Positions 8,663-20,182 of a stretch of 37,030 nt of DNA are shown here, piece after piece. Positions within the stretch are counted from its first letter, which is position 1. The number at the start of each line of letters is the position of its first letter. This DNA comes from Betaproteobacteria bacterium (GTDB lineage: Bacteria > Pseudomonadota > Gammaproteobacteria > Burkholderiales > Burkholderiaceae_C). Made by a program: the position numbers and the translations under genes. The stretch is from positions 1-37,030 of the forward strand of contig JANLZT010000135.1 in assembly GCA_031366465.1 (NCBI GenBank), in the 5' to 3' direction. Below the pieces are notes generated by a model. The model saw only the letters and a program-made list of their open reading frames with translations, was not told where the DNA came from and ran no database searches.

Positions 8663-10330
8663 ATGGCTGTAGGTTTGACACTCAACAAGATCACCTCACA
8701 AAAGGGGATCAATATCAGCGAGGCGACCCGTCGCATCGCTGATCTCGGCTGGACACCCAGCTATGTGCAGGAAGCGATGACCTTCCCGACCGATTACAAG
8801 ATCGGCAAGGCCCCACGCGACCCGATGAAGCAGGTGCTGCGCTCCTACTTCCCGATGCAGGAAGAAAAGGACAACCGGGTCTACGGCGCGCTCGACGCCG
8901 CCCTGCGCGGCGACATGTTCCGCAATACCCAGCCGCGCTGGGTTGAGTGGATGAAGCTGTTTCTGGCCATCATTCCCTTCCCTGAAATCTCGGCTGCGCG
9001 CTCGATGGCGATGGTCGCGCGCCTGGCCCCCGGTGAAGAGTTGCGCACCGGTTTCACCATGCAAATGGTGGACGAGTTCCGTCACTCCACGATTCAGATG
9101 AACCTGAAGAAGTGGTACATGGAAAACTACATCGACCCGGCCGGCTTTGACATCACCGAGGCCGCCTTTGGCAAGTGCTACGCCACCACCATCGGCCGCC
9201 AGTTTGCCGAGGGCTTCCTCACCGGCGACGCGATCACTGCGGCCAACATCTACCTCACCGTGGTGGCCGAGACTGCCTTCACCAACACCTTGTTCGTGGC
9301 GATGCCGTCTGAGGCAGCGCGCAATGGCGACTACGCTTTGTCCACCGTCTTCCTGTCGGTGCAGTCGGACGAATCGCGCCACATCGGCAACGGTCATTCG
9401 CTGCTGATGTCGCTGGTCAACGACCCCAGCAACCACCTGCTGCTGGAGCGTGACATCCGTTATGCCTTCTGGCAGAACCATGCCATCGTCGATGCGGCGA
9501 TCGGCACCTTTGTGGAGTACGGCACCACCGACCGCGACAAGAACAAAGAGTCGTACGCCGAACTGTGGCACCGCTGGATCTATGAGGACTACTACCGCAC
9601 CTACATGCTGCCGCTGGAGAAGTACGGCGTGAAGATCCACCACGACGATGTCGGTGCGGCCTGGGACCGGATCGTCAAGAAGAACTATGTGCACAAGACG
9701 GCGCAGTTCTTCTCGGTCGGCTGGCCGGTCAACTTCTGGCGCATCGAGGCCCAGACCGAGAAAGACTTCGACTGGTTTGAGCACAAGTACCCGGGCTGGT
9801 ACGCCGAGTTCGGCGACTACTGGAAATGGTACGACCGCAAGAGCGTGCCGGGCCAGACGAACATGCTGTTCGACCAGGAGAGCGGCTATGCCTATCCGCA
9901 CCGCTGCTGGAGCTGCATGGTGCCTTGCCTGATTCGCGAGGACTTCGTTTACGACGAGGTGGATGGCAAGGTCTTCACCTACTGTTCCGACGTCTGCCGC
10001 TGGACCCACAAGGTGGCGTTTGCTGCCGAGTACGAAGGCCGCGCCACCCCGGCGATGGGGCGTTTCAGCGGGCGTCGCGAGTGGGAAGACTGCTACCACG
10101 GCTGGGACCTGGCCGACGCCATCAAGGATCTCGGCTTTGTGCGACCCGACGGCAAGACACTGATCTCGCAGCCGCACCTGCGCTTCGACGACAAGCACAT
10201 GTGGACGTTGGATCACGTCAAGGGCTATACGTTGGGCAGCCCGTTGATCGGCTTCCGCGCGCTCACGCCTGAGGGCCGTGAGGCGGCAGCCATCGAGTAC
10301 CGCAAGGGCTTCAAGATCAACCCGATCTAA
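8663..10330 (+). CDS. prmA: Soluble di-iron monooxygenase hydroxylase alpha subunit, group 5 (propane/acetone monooxygenase PrmA/MimA type)
   Basis: Two DExRH iron motifs (DEFRH, DESRH), ETAFTN, YFPMQEEKDNR, C-terminal YHS-like CWSC..YCS; AAGGAG RBS. Confidence 0.93.
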   Translation: MAVGLTLNKITSQKGINISEATRRIADLGWTPSYVQEAMTFPTDYKIGKAPRDPMKQVLRSYFPMQEEKDNRVYGALDAALRGDMFRNTQPRWVEWMKLFLAIIPFPEISAARSMAMVARLAPGEELRTGFTMQMVDEFRHSTIQMNLKKWYMENYIDPAGFDITEAAFGKCYATTIGRQFAEGFLTGDAITAANIYLTVVAETAFTNTLFVAMPSEAARNGDYALSTVFLSVQSDESRHIGNGHSLLMSLVNDPSNHLLLERDIRYAFWQNHAIVDAAIGTFVEYGTTDRDKNKESYAELWHRWIYEDYYRTYMLPLEKYGVKIHHDDVGAAWDRIVKKNYVHKTAQFFSVGWPVNFWRIEAQTEKDFDWFEHKYPGWYAEFGDYWKWYDRKSVPGQTNMLFDQESGYAYPHRCWSCMVPCLIREDFVYDEVDGKVFTYCSDVCRWTHKVAFAAEYEGRATPAMGRFSGRREWEDCYHGWDLADAIKDLGFVRPDGKTLISQPHLRFDDKHMWTLDHVKGYTLGSPLIGFRALTPEGREAAAIEYRKGFKINPI

Positions 10331-10341
10331 AGCCAGCGCAG

Positions 10342-10379
10342 GCCGCCACTGCTGGCCCGCAAGGGCGAGTGGTGGCGGC
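10342..10379 (+). other. Intergenic RNA hairpin, 17-bp stem with GCAA tetraloop, no U-tract
   Basis: GCCGCCACTGCTGGCCC-GCAA-GGGCGAGTGGTGGCGGC: 14 Watson-Crick pairs, 2 GU, 1 mismatch. Confidence 0.75.
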
Positions 10380-10405
10380 AGTCGAAGCCCAAATAGAGGA
10401 CAGTC

Positions 10406-11479
10406 ATGCCGGATAAGCGGGTGCACACGGTGCGCTTCGAGCCAGTGGGTGTGGAGCTGGAGGTCGAGGAGGGCGAATGGGTGCTCGATGCGGCCTTCCG
10501 CCAGGGCATTGCCGTGCCGCATGGTTGCCGTGAGGGTCAATGCAGCAGTTGCAAATGCATCCTTCTTGAAGGCGATGCCGAGGTGGAGAACTATTCCACC
10601 TTTGCACTGCCCGACTATGAGCGTGATACCGGCCACATCTTGCTTTGCCGCAGCTATGCCTTCAGTGACTTGACGATTGAATTGCTGAACTTCGATGAAG
10701 AGTTGATGCGGCGGGCGATTGCAGTGAAGACATTCGAAGGCGTGCTCAACGCTGTGACGCCGCTGACGCACGACACCCGCTTGCTCGAAGTGCAGCTTGA
10801 GAAGCCGCTGAAGTTCTGGGCTGGCCAGTATGTGGAGATCAGCGTGCCGGGGTCGGGCGTGGCTGAGACCGTGACCCGCTCATACTCCATGGCCAGCACG
10901 ATGCGCACCCCTTCAACACTGCAATTCATCATCCGCAAGTACCCGGATGGCGCTTTCTCGTCGCTGGTAGATACGACATTGGCGCCGGGTACTGCGCTGC
11001 AGATCAAGGGGCCATTCGGCAGTTGCTTCCGACGCGACGGCCGGGCCGGGCCGATGGTGTTGGTTGGCGGCGGTTCGGGCATGTCGCCGCTTTGGGCCAT
11101 CTTGCAAGACCACATCGAAAGTGGCGAGCAGCGGCCGATCCGGTTTTTTTACGGTGCGCGCACCCGCAAGGATTTGTTCTTTCTTGATGAGTTTGCCGCC
11201 GTTGCCGCAAAGTTGGCTGATTTTGAGTTTATTCCGGTGTTGTCGCAGGCATCAGCGGACGATGCCTGGCACGGCGAAACCGGGTTTGTGCATGAAGCGG
11301 TTGATCGCATCCTGCGCACGCAAGGGCTGGCGGGTGAGATTGATGCCTATACCTGCGGTCCGCCACCGATGATCGATGCTGTCTTGCCGGTGCTGCAACG
11401 CCTTGGCGTCGCGCTTGATTGCACCCATGTTGACAAGTTCACCCCGGCAAGCGCGAGCACGCCGAATCTCGTTCACTGA
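10406..11479 (+). CDS. prmB: SDIMO reductase ([2Fe-2S]-FAD-NADH)
   Basis: CREGQCSSCKC ferredoxin motif, RSYSMAS, GGSGMSP, CGPPPM; symbol follows Gordonia nomenclature. Confidence 0.92.
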   Translation: MPDKRVHTVRFEPVGVELEVEEGEWVLDAAFRQGIAVPHGCREGQCSSCKCILLEGDAEVENYSTFALPDYERDTGHILLCRSYAFSDLTIELLNFDEELMRRAIAVKTFEGVLNAVTPLTHDTRLLEVQLEKPLKFWAGQYVEISVPGSGVAETVTRSYSMASTMRTPSTLQFIIRKYPDGAFSSLVDTTLAPGTALQIKGPFGSCFRRDGRAGPMVLVGGGSGMSPLWAILQDHIESGEQRPIRFFYGARTRKDLFFLDEFAAVAAKLADFEFIPVLSQASADDAWHGETGFVHEAVDRILRTQGLAGEIDAYTCGPPPMIDAVLPVLQRLGVALDCTHVDKFTPASASTPNLVH

Positions 11480-11496
11480 CACCTGAGGAGACCCGT

Positions 11497-12582
11497 ATGA
11501 CCACCGCTAGCACTGACTACGTACCCTTGAATTCCGGCGCTGCCGGCGCTGCAAAATTTGCCGGCTCCGACAGCCGCAAATACAACTACTTTACGCCAAA
11601 AGGCCGCAAGGCCACGCACTACGAGGACATGACGCTCGACGTGCAGCCCGACCCGAAGCGATATTTGCTGCAAGACTGGATCATCAACTTTGCCGACGGC
11701 ACACCCACCTATTCCGAGAAGTGGACGGCTGCGAAGTCGACCGACTGGCACGCCTACCGCGCAGTGGACGAAGAATGGGAGCGCACCCATTACCAGCGCC
11801 AATCCACCATCTGCGGCATGATCGCGCAGGCAGTCGAAAACGGCCGCCGTTCAGGCGCACCGGCCCGCTTTGACAAGGCCTGGGTCAAGGTGCTGGAGAA
11901 ACACCTGGGGGCCTACAAGCATGCCGAGTTCGGCTTGGGCATGTCGCTGATGCAGGCCCAGCGCTACGGCTATACCCAGATGGTCAACTCCACGATCCTG
12001 ACCAACTCGTCGTACAAGTTTCGCTTCGCACAAGACTTGACCTTGTACCTTGGTGACATCGGCCTTGACATTCCTGGCTTCGATGCCGAGATCGGCAAAC
12101 AGCAGTGGCTCGATGATCCGATCTGGCAACCCACCCGGCTGCTGATAGAAACCATCGGTGGCGCGACCGACTATCTGGAGAAGTATTTCGCCATCAATGT
12201 CGTTTTCGAGCCGCTGGTGGGTGAGCTGTTTCGCAGCGGATTTGTCATGCAGGCGGCCGCCTCACAAAACGACTTCATGACGCCCACCGTGGTCTCGTCG
12301 GCCGAAGGCGATTACCAGCGCAACCTGGCCAATACGATTGAGTTGCTGCACATGTTGGTCAGTGACCCGGCGCATTCTGCGCACAACACAGTCTTGTTCA
12401 ATGGCTGGATGCAAAAATATGGCGATTTGGCCGTGACGGCAGCCAAGAACCTGCAGCCGATCTGGTCATTGCCGCACACCAAGGTGGCGAATTTCAGTGA
12501 TGCCTTTGCCAATGCCGTCGACCGCATGCAAAGCATCTGCAACCAGGTCGGCCTCAAGCTGCCCGCCTCGATCACCGCCTGA
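11497..12582 (+). CDS. prmC: SDIMO hydroxylase beta subunit
   Basis: YEDMTLDVQPDP, STDWHAYR, EWERTHY motifs; no iron motifs; operon position; GAGGAG RBS. Confidence 0.9.
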   Translation: MTTASTDYVPLNSGAAGAAKFAGSDSRKYNYFTPKGRKATHYEDMTLDVQPDPKRYLLQDWIINFADGTPTYSEKWTAAKSTDWHAYRAVDEEWERTHYQRQSTICGMIAQAVENGRRSGAPARFDKAWVKVLEKHLGAYKHAEFGLGMSLMQAQRYGYTQMVNSTILTNSSYKFRFAQDLTLYLGDIGLDIPGFDAEIGKQQWLDDPIWQPTRLLIETIGGATDYLEKYFAINVVFEPLVGELFRSGFVMQAAASQNDFMTPTVVSSAEGDYQRNLANTIELLHMLVSDPAHSAHNTVLFNGWMQKYGDLAVTAAKNLQPIWSLPHTKVANFSDAFANAVDRMQSICNQVGLKLPASITA

Positions 12583-12605
12583 ACCCCATACCCTGAGGAG
12601 CCACC

Positions 12606-12968
12606 ATGTCCGACCACACCGGCAACATCTTCAAATCATTCAAAAACCTGGAGTTCAAAGGCACCGTCTCGCATGAGTGCGGCGTGACGATGAATGACAG
12701 TGTCGAGGCGCGTGCCATCGCCGAGCTGATGTCCAGCAAGCCCGGCATCACCGTCACCTACATGCCGTCGATGATCCGCATCGACGGCGAGGGCAAGATC
12801 GAGTTCAGGATGGACGAGATCGCCGAAGAACTGGGCCGTGAAATGACGCCCCAGTTGTTTGAGATTTCAACCTCAACCCACTACGGCCGGATGGTGACGG
12901 TGGACGAGAATACCGTGGTGCTGTTTGGCGACATGAACGCCGCGATGGCCTACGTCGCTTACGCATAA
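12606..12968 (+). CDS. prmD: SDIMO coupling/effector protein (MmoB/DmpM family)
   Basis: CGVTMNDS, SMIRIDG, STHYGRMV; 120 aa; GAGGAG RBS. Confidence 0.9.
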   Translation: MSDHTGNIFKSFKNLEFKGTVSHECGVTMNDSVEARAIAELMSSKPGITVTYMPSMIRIDGEGKIEFRMDEIAEELGREMTPQLFEISTSTHYGRMVTVDENTVVLFGDMNAAMAYVAYA

Positions 12969-12980
12969 AGGCGGCCCACT

Positions 12981-14042
12981 ATGTTTAAAACCGCATCCGG
13001 CGAAGAAATTTTTATCATCGATGGTCATGTGCACAACTGGAACGCCACCAAGGCGAACCAGAAGAATATGCACGGTGAGCAGTTCATCAATTGCTTTTAC
13101 GCCTACCACTCGTTTCTCAGCCCGAAAGACCAACTGTGGACGCGTGAGAAGTTTGATCAGTACGGCGGTGACCAGTTGTACCAAGACCTGTTCGTTGACG
13201 GCCCTGACGACATGGCCATCTTCCAGCCGACCTACCTGAAAGACTTCTACGTTGACGGCTTCAACACCACCGAGCAGAACGCGGTGCTGAAGGCCAAGCA
13301 CCCGAACCGCTTTATCCTGAACGGCGCGTTCGACCCGCGCGACGGGGAGGTCGGCCTTGATGCGCTTGACGAGTTGGCGGCCACACACAAGCTCAAGGGC
13401 GTGAAGCTCTACACGGCTGAATGGAAGGGCGATAGCCGCGGCTACAAGTTGTCCGATCCCTGGGCCGAGAGGTATTTGGAGCGCGCCGAGAAGTTGGGCA
13501 TCAAAAACATCCATGTGCACAAGGGCCCGACCATTCTGCCGCTGGACCGTGACGCCTTTGACGTGGCCGACATTGATGTGGCCGCGACCAACTTCCAGGG
13601 TCTGAACTTCATCGTTGAGCACTGCGGCCTGCCCCGGCTGGACGACTTTTGCTGGATCGCCACGCAGGAGACCAATGTCTACGGCGGTCTGGCTGTGGCC
13701 CTGCCCTTCATCCAGAAGCAGCCCAAGTATTTTGCGCATGTGCTGTCACAACTGCTGATGTGGTTGGGCCCGGACAAACTGCTGTATGGCAGCGACTACG
13801 GCATCTGGACCCCAGACTGGCTGGTCAAGGCCTTCATGGCCTTCGAGTTGCCCGAGGACATCGCCAAGGAGACCGGCGCCGTGCTCGATCTGGAGGCCAA
13901 GAAGAAGATCCTCGGCTTGAATGCAGCAAAGCTCTACGGCATCGACATCGAGGCGCAAAAACGCTTGCTCGCCCCGGAGCAGGCCGTGCCGCGAGAGCCC
14001 AGCAGCAACTTCACGCTGCAGCAGGTCGCCGAGGCGTCTTGA
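12981..14042 (+). CDS. Amidohydrolase_2 family protein associated with prm/mim clusters
   Basis: DGHVH, HVHKGP, EHCG, GSDY metal-ligand motifs. Confidence 0.88.
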   Translation: MFKTASGEEIFIIDGHVHNWNATKANQKNMHGEQFINCFYAYHSFLSPKDQLWTREKFDQYGGDQLYQDLFVDGPDDMAIFQPTYLKDFYVDGFNTTEQNAVLKAKHPNRFILNGAFDPRDGEVGLDALDELAATHKLKGVKLYTAEWKGDSRGYKLSDPWAERYLERAEKLGIKNIHVHKGPTILPLDRDAFDVADIDVAATNFQGLNFIVEHCGLPRLDDFCWIATQETNVYGGLAVALPFIQKQPKYFAHVLSQLLMWLGPDKLLYGSDYGIWTPDWLVKAFMAFELPEDIAKETGAVLDLEAKKKILGLNAAKLYGIDIEAQKRLLAPEQAVPREPSSNFTLQQVAEAS

Positions 14043-14047
14043 TCGCC

Positions 14048-14815
14048 ATGGCCGCCGACCGCGTCAAACGAGACTTACGCGCTGACCATGCCGAGCAGGT
14101 GCAAGCCTGCCTTGCGACGGTGGTAGACCCGGAACTTGACGAGTCGGTGACCGAACTTGGCTTCATCACCGAGGTCGAGTTGCTCGACCAAGGTGTGGTG
14201 CGCATCGGCTTTCGGCTGCCGACTTACTGGTGCGCTGCCAACTTTGCCTTCTTGATGGCCGACGACATGCGGCGCGCGGTGCAGGCGCTGCCCTGGGTCA
14301 CCCGGGTTCAGGTGCAGTTGCATGAGCACATGTATGCCGAGGCCATCAATCAGGGCGTGAGCGATGGCGACGGCTTTCAAGCGGCCTTTGGCACGGCGGC
14401 CGAGGGCGGGCTTGATGCACTGCGTCGCACTTTTGAGCTGAAGGCCTTCCAGCGTCGGCAGGAGGCACTGCTGCAGCACCTGCTGGATGCCGGCCATCTG
14501 CCTGCCGCGCTGGTGGCGCTTGATCTGCCCGCGCTGCAGCAGTTGTTGCCGAACGCCGAAGGCGAGCGCCTGCTTGAGCGCTATCTTGAACGGCGCACGC
14601 TGGTGGGCGGCGGCGCGCTGGCTTTTGTCGACACCCAAGGCCAGCCGATCGCGGCGGACGCGTTGGCCGGCCACTTACGAGACTTGCGCCCGGTCGGTAT
14701 CAACGCCGAATTCAATGGCGCGTTGTGCCGCGGCTTGTTGGCGGTGCGCGACAATGAGGTTGGTGTACAGAAGATCCATATCGTGAGACGCCCGCAGCCA
14801 GCGGACGCGCTCTGA
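14048..14815 (+). CDS. DUF59/PaaD-like (FeS_assembly_P) protein with C-terminal extension
   Basis: VDPELDESVTELGFI and RLPTYWC motifs; ATG 14048 inside ORF 13649..14815. Confidence 0.82.
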   Translation: MAADRVKRDLRADHAEQVQACLATVVDPELDESVTELGFITEVELLDQGVVRIGFRLPTYWCAANFAFLMADDMRRAVQALPWVTRVQVQLHEHMYAEAINQGVSDGDGFQAAFGTAAEGGLDALRRTFELKAFQRRQEALLQHLLDAGHLPAALVALDLPALQQLLPNAEGERLLERYLERRTLVGGGALAFVDTQGQPIAADALAGHLRDLRPVGINAEFNGALCRGLLAVRDNEVGVQKIHIVRRPQPADAL

Positions 14816-14841
14816 ATCCCAACCCCCACGAGACAAACATC

Positions 14842-16475
<1,634 letters not shown>

Positions 16476-16479
<4 letters not shown>

Positions 16480-16580
16480 GATCGCGGCACGGGCAGCTTC
16501 GGCGGCTGCTGGGGATGCTGATCACCGGCGGTGGCTTGGCCTTGATGGTGAGTGATCTGATCACACGCTGGCTGCTTTGA
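16476..16580 (+). CDS. Putative 34-aa single-TM peptide
   Basis: ATG overlaps the GroEL stop (ATGA); MRSRHGQLRRLLGMLITGGGLALMVSDLITRWLL; ends 22 bp before Nramp. Confidence 0.45.
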
Positions 16581-16602
16581 TGCGGCCCATGTTCAGACAC
16601 CG

Positions 16603-18018
16603 ATGACCAACCTGGGCCAAAGCATCGACATGCGCCTGCCTGCGCCTGGGCGCTGGCGGGTGCTGGGCTTTGTCGGCCCCGGGGCGATGATCAGTGTCGG
16701 CTATATGGACCCAGGCAATTGGGCCACCGATCTGGAGGGCGGCGCCCGCTTCGGCTACCAGTTGTTGTGGGTGCTGGTGGCGTCAAACCTGATTGCGATG
16801 GTGTTGCAAAGCCTGGCCGCCCGGCTGGGCATTGCCGGTCGGCTGGATTTGGCCCAGGCCTGCCGCGCCTATTACGCCAAGCCGGTGGCGCTGGCGCTGT
16901 GGCTGCTTTGCGAGGTGGCCATCATCGCCTGCGACCTGGCCGAGTTGCTGGGCGGTGCGATCGCACTGAACCTGTTGTTCGGCGTCCAGTTGGCTTGGGG
17001 TGCGCTGATCACCGGGCTGGACGTGATGCTGATCCTGATGCTGCAGCACTTTGGCATTCGCAAGCTGGAGGCGGTGGTGGCCGCGCTGGTGCTGACCATC
17101 GGCGCCTGCATGGCGCTTGAGATGCTGTTGGTGCAAGCCGACTGGGCGGCAGTGGCGGGCGGCCTGGTGCCCCGGCTGGATGCCAATAGCCTGATGATCG
17201 CGGTGGGCATCCTGGGTGCCACGGTGATGCCGCACAACCTCTACCTGCATTCATCCTTGGTGCAGACGCGCCGCATCGGCGATAGCGACTGGGCCAAGCG
17301 CGAATCGATCCGTTACAACCTGTTTGACACCGCGCTGGCCCTGAATCTGGCCCTGTGCATCAATGCTGCGATCCTGGTGCTGTCGGCCTCGACCTTCTTT
17401 GCCCGGGGCATCGAGGTCACCCAATTGCGCCAGGCCCATGAGCTTCTGACGCCCTTGCTGGGCACCACGCTGGCATCAACGGCCTTCGCGATTGCCTTGC
17501 TGGCGGCCGGGCAAAGCTCCACCATCACCGGCACCCTGGCCGGTCAGGTGGTGATGGAGGGCTTTGTGCGCTTGCGCATCAGCCCGCTCAAGCGCCGCTT
17601 GCTGACCCGTTTGTTGGCCATCGTGCCCGCGGTGGCGGTGCTGTGGCAGGCCGGCGATGGCGGCGCGCTGCAGTTGCTGGTCTGGAGCCAGGTGGTGTTG
17701 AGCCTGCAGCTGCCCTTTGCGATCGTGCCGCTGATTCGCTTCACCAGCGCACCCAGCATCTTGGGCCGTCTGGTCAGCCCGCCTTGGCTGCGGGCCTTGG
17801 CCTGCGGCGCCGCGCTGCTGATCATCGTTCTCAATGGCTGGCTGGTGATGCAGGCGCTGGCAGGCATCGACGGCTTGCTGTCGCGGATCATGGTCGGTTT
17901 GCTGGCAGCGGGCTGCTGCGCGCTGCTGGCCTGGATCGCCGTTGCCCCACTTCGACTGTTACCGGCATCGTTGCCAGAGGGTTCTTCGATCAATAATCAC
18001 AGCTTGGAAAAACAGTAG
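16603..18018 (+). CDS. mntH: Nramp family divalent metal (Mn2+/Fe2+) transporter
   Basis: YMDPGNW, GATVMPHNLYLHS and QSSTITGTLAGQVVMEGF signatures. Confidence 0.93.
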   Translation: MTNLGQSIDMRLPAPGRWRVLGFVGPGAMISVGYMDPGNWATDLEGGARFGYQLLWVLVASNLIAMVLQSLAARLGIAGRLDLAQACRAYYAKPVALALWLLCEVAIIACDLAELLGGAIALNLLFGVQLAWGALITGLDVMLILMLQHFGIRKLEAVVAALVLTIGACMALEMLLVQADWAAVAGGLVPRLDANSLMIAVGILGATVMPHNLYLHSSLVQTRRIGDSDWAKRESIRYNLFDTALALNLALCINAAILVLSASTFFARGIEVTQLRQAHELLTPLLGTTLASTAFAIALLAAGQSSTITGTLAGQVVMEGFVRLRISPLKRRLLTRLLAIVPAVAVLWQAGDGGALQLLVWSQVVLSLQLPFAIVPLIRFTSAPSILGRLVSPPWLRALACGAALLIIVLNGWLVMQALAGIDGLLSRIMVGLLAAGCCALLAWIAVAPLRLLPASLPEGSSINNHSLEKQ

Positions 18019-18053
18019 GCGTGCATTCTGGCTCCATCCGGTGGCCAGAACAC

Positions 18054-18072
18054 TTGACGATGGCAACGTCAA
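18054..18072. promoter_or_regulatory. Palindrome TTGACGATGGCAACGTCAA upstream of the activator gene
   Basis: 6-bp perfect arms plus inner TG/CA; left arm resembles a sigma70 -35. Confidence 0.4.
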
Positions 18073-18093
18073 AGCGGGATCAGACCCTGCAGT

Positions 18094-20169
18094 TTGACGT
18101 TCAAGGAGACATCCATCCATCCGAACCACACCGTAGGCTGGCCCGTGACAGGCCAGGGTCTGGGCTGTGAGCCCGGCTCTGTGCTGGCACCCGCCGCTGA
18201 GCACCAGGTCATGATGGCTTGGGAGAACTTTGTCACTGGCGCGCCACTGGCAACCACTGCCGTATCCAAGCTCTTGCTGGCGTCGTGGCAGCGCAGCCTG
18301 CGTGCCGGGGTGGAGCCCAACACGCGCCGCGCGCCGATGGTCAGCGGGGCCAATGCGCTGGAGCATTTGCGCCATCGCAACCGGGATCTGCTGTGGGCAG
18401 CGCAGGGCCTGTTTGTCACCTCGGCCCATTTGCTGGCAAGCTCAGGCTCGGTGATGATCCTGACCGACCCCAACGGCGTGGTGCTGGAGGTGGCGGGCGA
18501 CCAGCGCACCCTGGACGCCGCGCAGGACGTGCACCTGGTGCAGGGCGGACACTGGCATGAAAGCGTGGTCGGCACCAACGGCATTGGCACCGCGTTGGCC
18601 ATGCGCCAACCGGTGCAGGTGCACGGTGCCGAGCACTTTGGTGAGGGCATCAAGCGCTGGACATGTGCTGCGGCGCCGGTGTTTGTGCCGGGCAGCGAGC
18701 AGATCCTGGGCGTGGTCGACATCTCGGGCCCGCCCTCGACCTACCAACGCGGCAATCTGGCGTTGGCCCTGGCCGGTGCACGCCAGATGGAGGCGGTGTT
18801 GTCCGAGCGCGCCAGCCGCGAGCATGTGCAATTGCTCGAAGCCTGCATGAAGCTGGGCGCTTCGCACGCCCCGCAAGCGATGCTGGTGATGGACCGCAAT
18901 GCCAAGTTGGTCCATGTCAGTGGCGATCTCCCCATGCATGGGTGGCGCGTTGGCACGCAATTGCCCGGCTTGCAAGCCGGGCGGCAGGTCGAGGAGTGGG
19001 CGCGCCAGTTGCCCGCCGGGCTGCGCGCCGAATGGCTTCATCCGGTGCGCATTGACGGCGTGATGATTGGCGCCTTGCTGGTGGTGCCCCGGCAGCCGCG
19101 TGGGGTGCCGGTGGCCACGACGCCATCGCTCATCAGCGGCCGCGGCGCGCCAGCTGAGTCCGAGATCGACCCGGCGCGCACCGGCTTTGGCAATCTGCTG
19201 GGGCACAGCCGTGCGCTGCGTACAGCCATTGACCGGGCCCGGCTGCTCAGCGGCCGGCGTGTTTCAGTGCTGATCCAGGGCGAAACCGGGGTCGGCAAGG
19301 AGTTGTTTGCGCGCGCCATCCACGGTGATGAGGCCCGCAGCGGCCCGTTTGTCACCTTCAACTGCGGCGCCACCTCCAAAGAACTGATCGGCAGTGAACT
19401 GTTTGGCCATGTGCGCGGCGCTTTCACCGGCGCCACCCATGAAGGCCGGGCCGGCCGCTTTGAGCTGGCGCATGGCGGCACGCTGTGCCTGGACGAGATT
19501 GGCGAGCTGTCGCTCGAACTGCAGCCGGTGCTGCTGCGCTGTCTGGAAGAAGGTGTGGTCTGCCGCTTGGGCGAGTCCAAGCCCAGGCGGGTCGATGTGC
19601 GCCTGCTGACCATGACCAACCGGGATCTGCTGCAAGAAGTCGAGGCCGGCCGGTTCAGGCGCGACCTGTACCACCGCATCGGCGTGACCAGCGTTCGGGT
19701 GCCGCCGCTGCGCGAGCGCGAAGGTGACATCGCCTTGCTGTGCCAGCATTTCAACCTCAGCCTGGCCGAACGCCACAAGGTGCCGTCCCGCGTGTTTGGT
19801 CCGGAGGTGATCGCTGCGCTGGAGGCCTATGCCTGGCCGGGCAATGTGCGCGAGCTGCGCAACCTGGTTGAAAGCCTGTTGTTGACCTCCGAGGCCGCCA
19901 GCGTCGATTGCGCTGAATTGCCCGAGGAATTGCACGCCAGCCTGCCGCCTGCAGCGGCCGAGCATCCCCTGGCTGCAACCAGCCTCGAAGAGGCTGAACG
20001 GCTGGCGATCATGCGGGCGATGAAGAGCATGCACGGCAACCTGGCCCAGGCGGCGCGTGCGCTGGGGGTGTCCCGAAGCACGCTCTATCGCAAGGTCGAG
20101 CGCTACCAGCTTGAGAACAACGCCTGGCTTGACGGTGGGCCGGACGGCGCAGGCGATACGCTGTATTGA
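18094..20169 (+). CDS. Sigma54-dependent activator, GAF-AAA+-Fis HTH (AcoR/MimR-like); start uncertain (18094, 18145 or 18211)
   Basis: [12 protein letters not shown] motif, [38 protein letters not shown]. Confidence 0.92.
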   Translation: MTFKETSIHPNHTVGWPVTGQGLGCEPGSVLAPAAEHQVMMAWENFVTGAPLATTAVSKLLLASWQRSLRAGVEPNTRRAPMVSGANALEHLRHRNRDLLWAAQGLFVTSAHLLASSGSVMILTDPNGVVLEVAGDQRTLDAAQDVHLVQGGHWHESVVGTNGIGTALAMRQPVQVHGAEHFGEGIKRWTCAAAPVFVPGSEQILGVVDISGPPSTYQRGNLALALAGARQMEAVLSERASREHVQLLEACMKLGASHAPQAMLVMDRNAKLVHVSGDLPMHGWRVGTQLPGLQAGRQVEEWARQLPAGLRAEWLHPVRIDGVMIGALLVVPRQPRGVPVATTPSLISGRGAPAESEIDPARTGFGNLLGHSRALRTAIDRARLLSGRRVSVLIQGETGVGKELFARAIHGDEARSGPFVTFNCGATSKELIGSELFGHVRGAFTGATHEGRAGRFELAHGGTLCLDEIGELSLELQPVLLRCLEEGVVCRLGESKPRRVDVRLLTMTNRDLLQEVEAGRFRRDLYHRIGVTSVRVPPLREREGDIALLCQHFNLSLAERHKVPSRVFGPEVIAALEAYAWPGNVRELRNLVESLLLTSEAASVDCAELPEELHASLPPAAAEHPLAATSLEEAERLAIMRAMKSMHGNLAQAARALGVSRSTLYRKVERYQLENNAWLDGGPDGAGDTLY

Positions 20170-20182
20170 CGTCGTACTGACA

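Noticed and set aside
8696-10771. 691-aa antisense ORF over prmA (and similar long antisense ORFs over adh, groEL, lexA/asparaginase)
   Set aside because: Shadow frames expected from high-GC codon bias; no motifs; the opposite strand carries clear genes
8663-12968. Interpretation as soluble methane monooxygenase
   Set aside because: Order alpha-reductase-beta-coupling and absence of a gamma subunit fit group 5 Prm/Mim, not mmoXYBZDC
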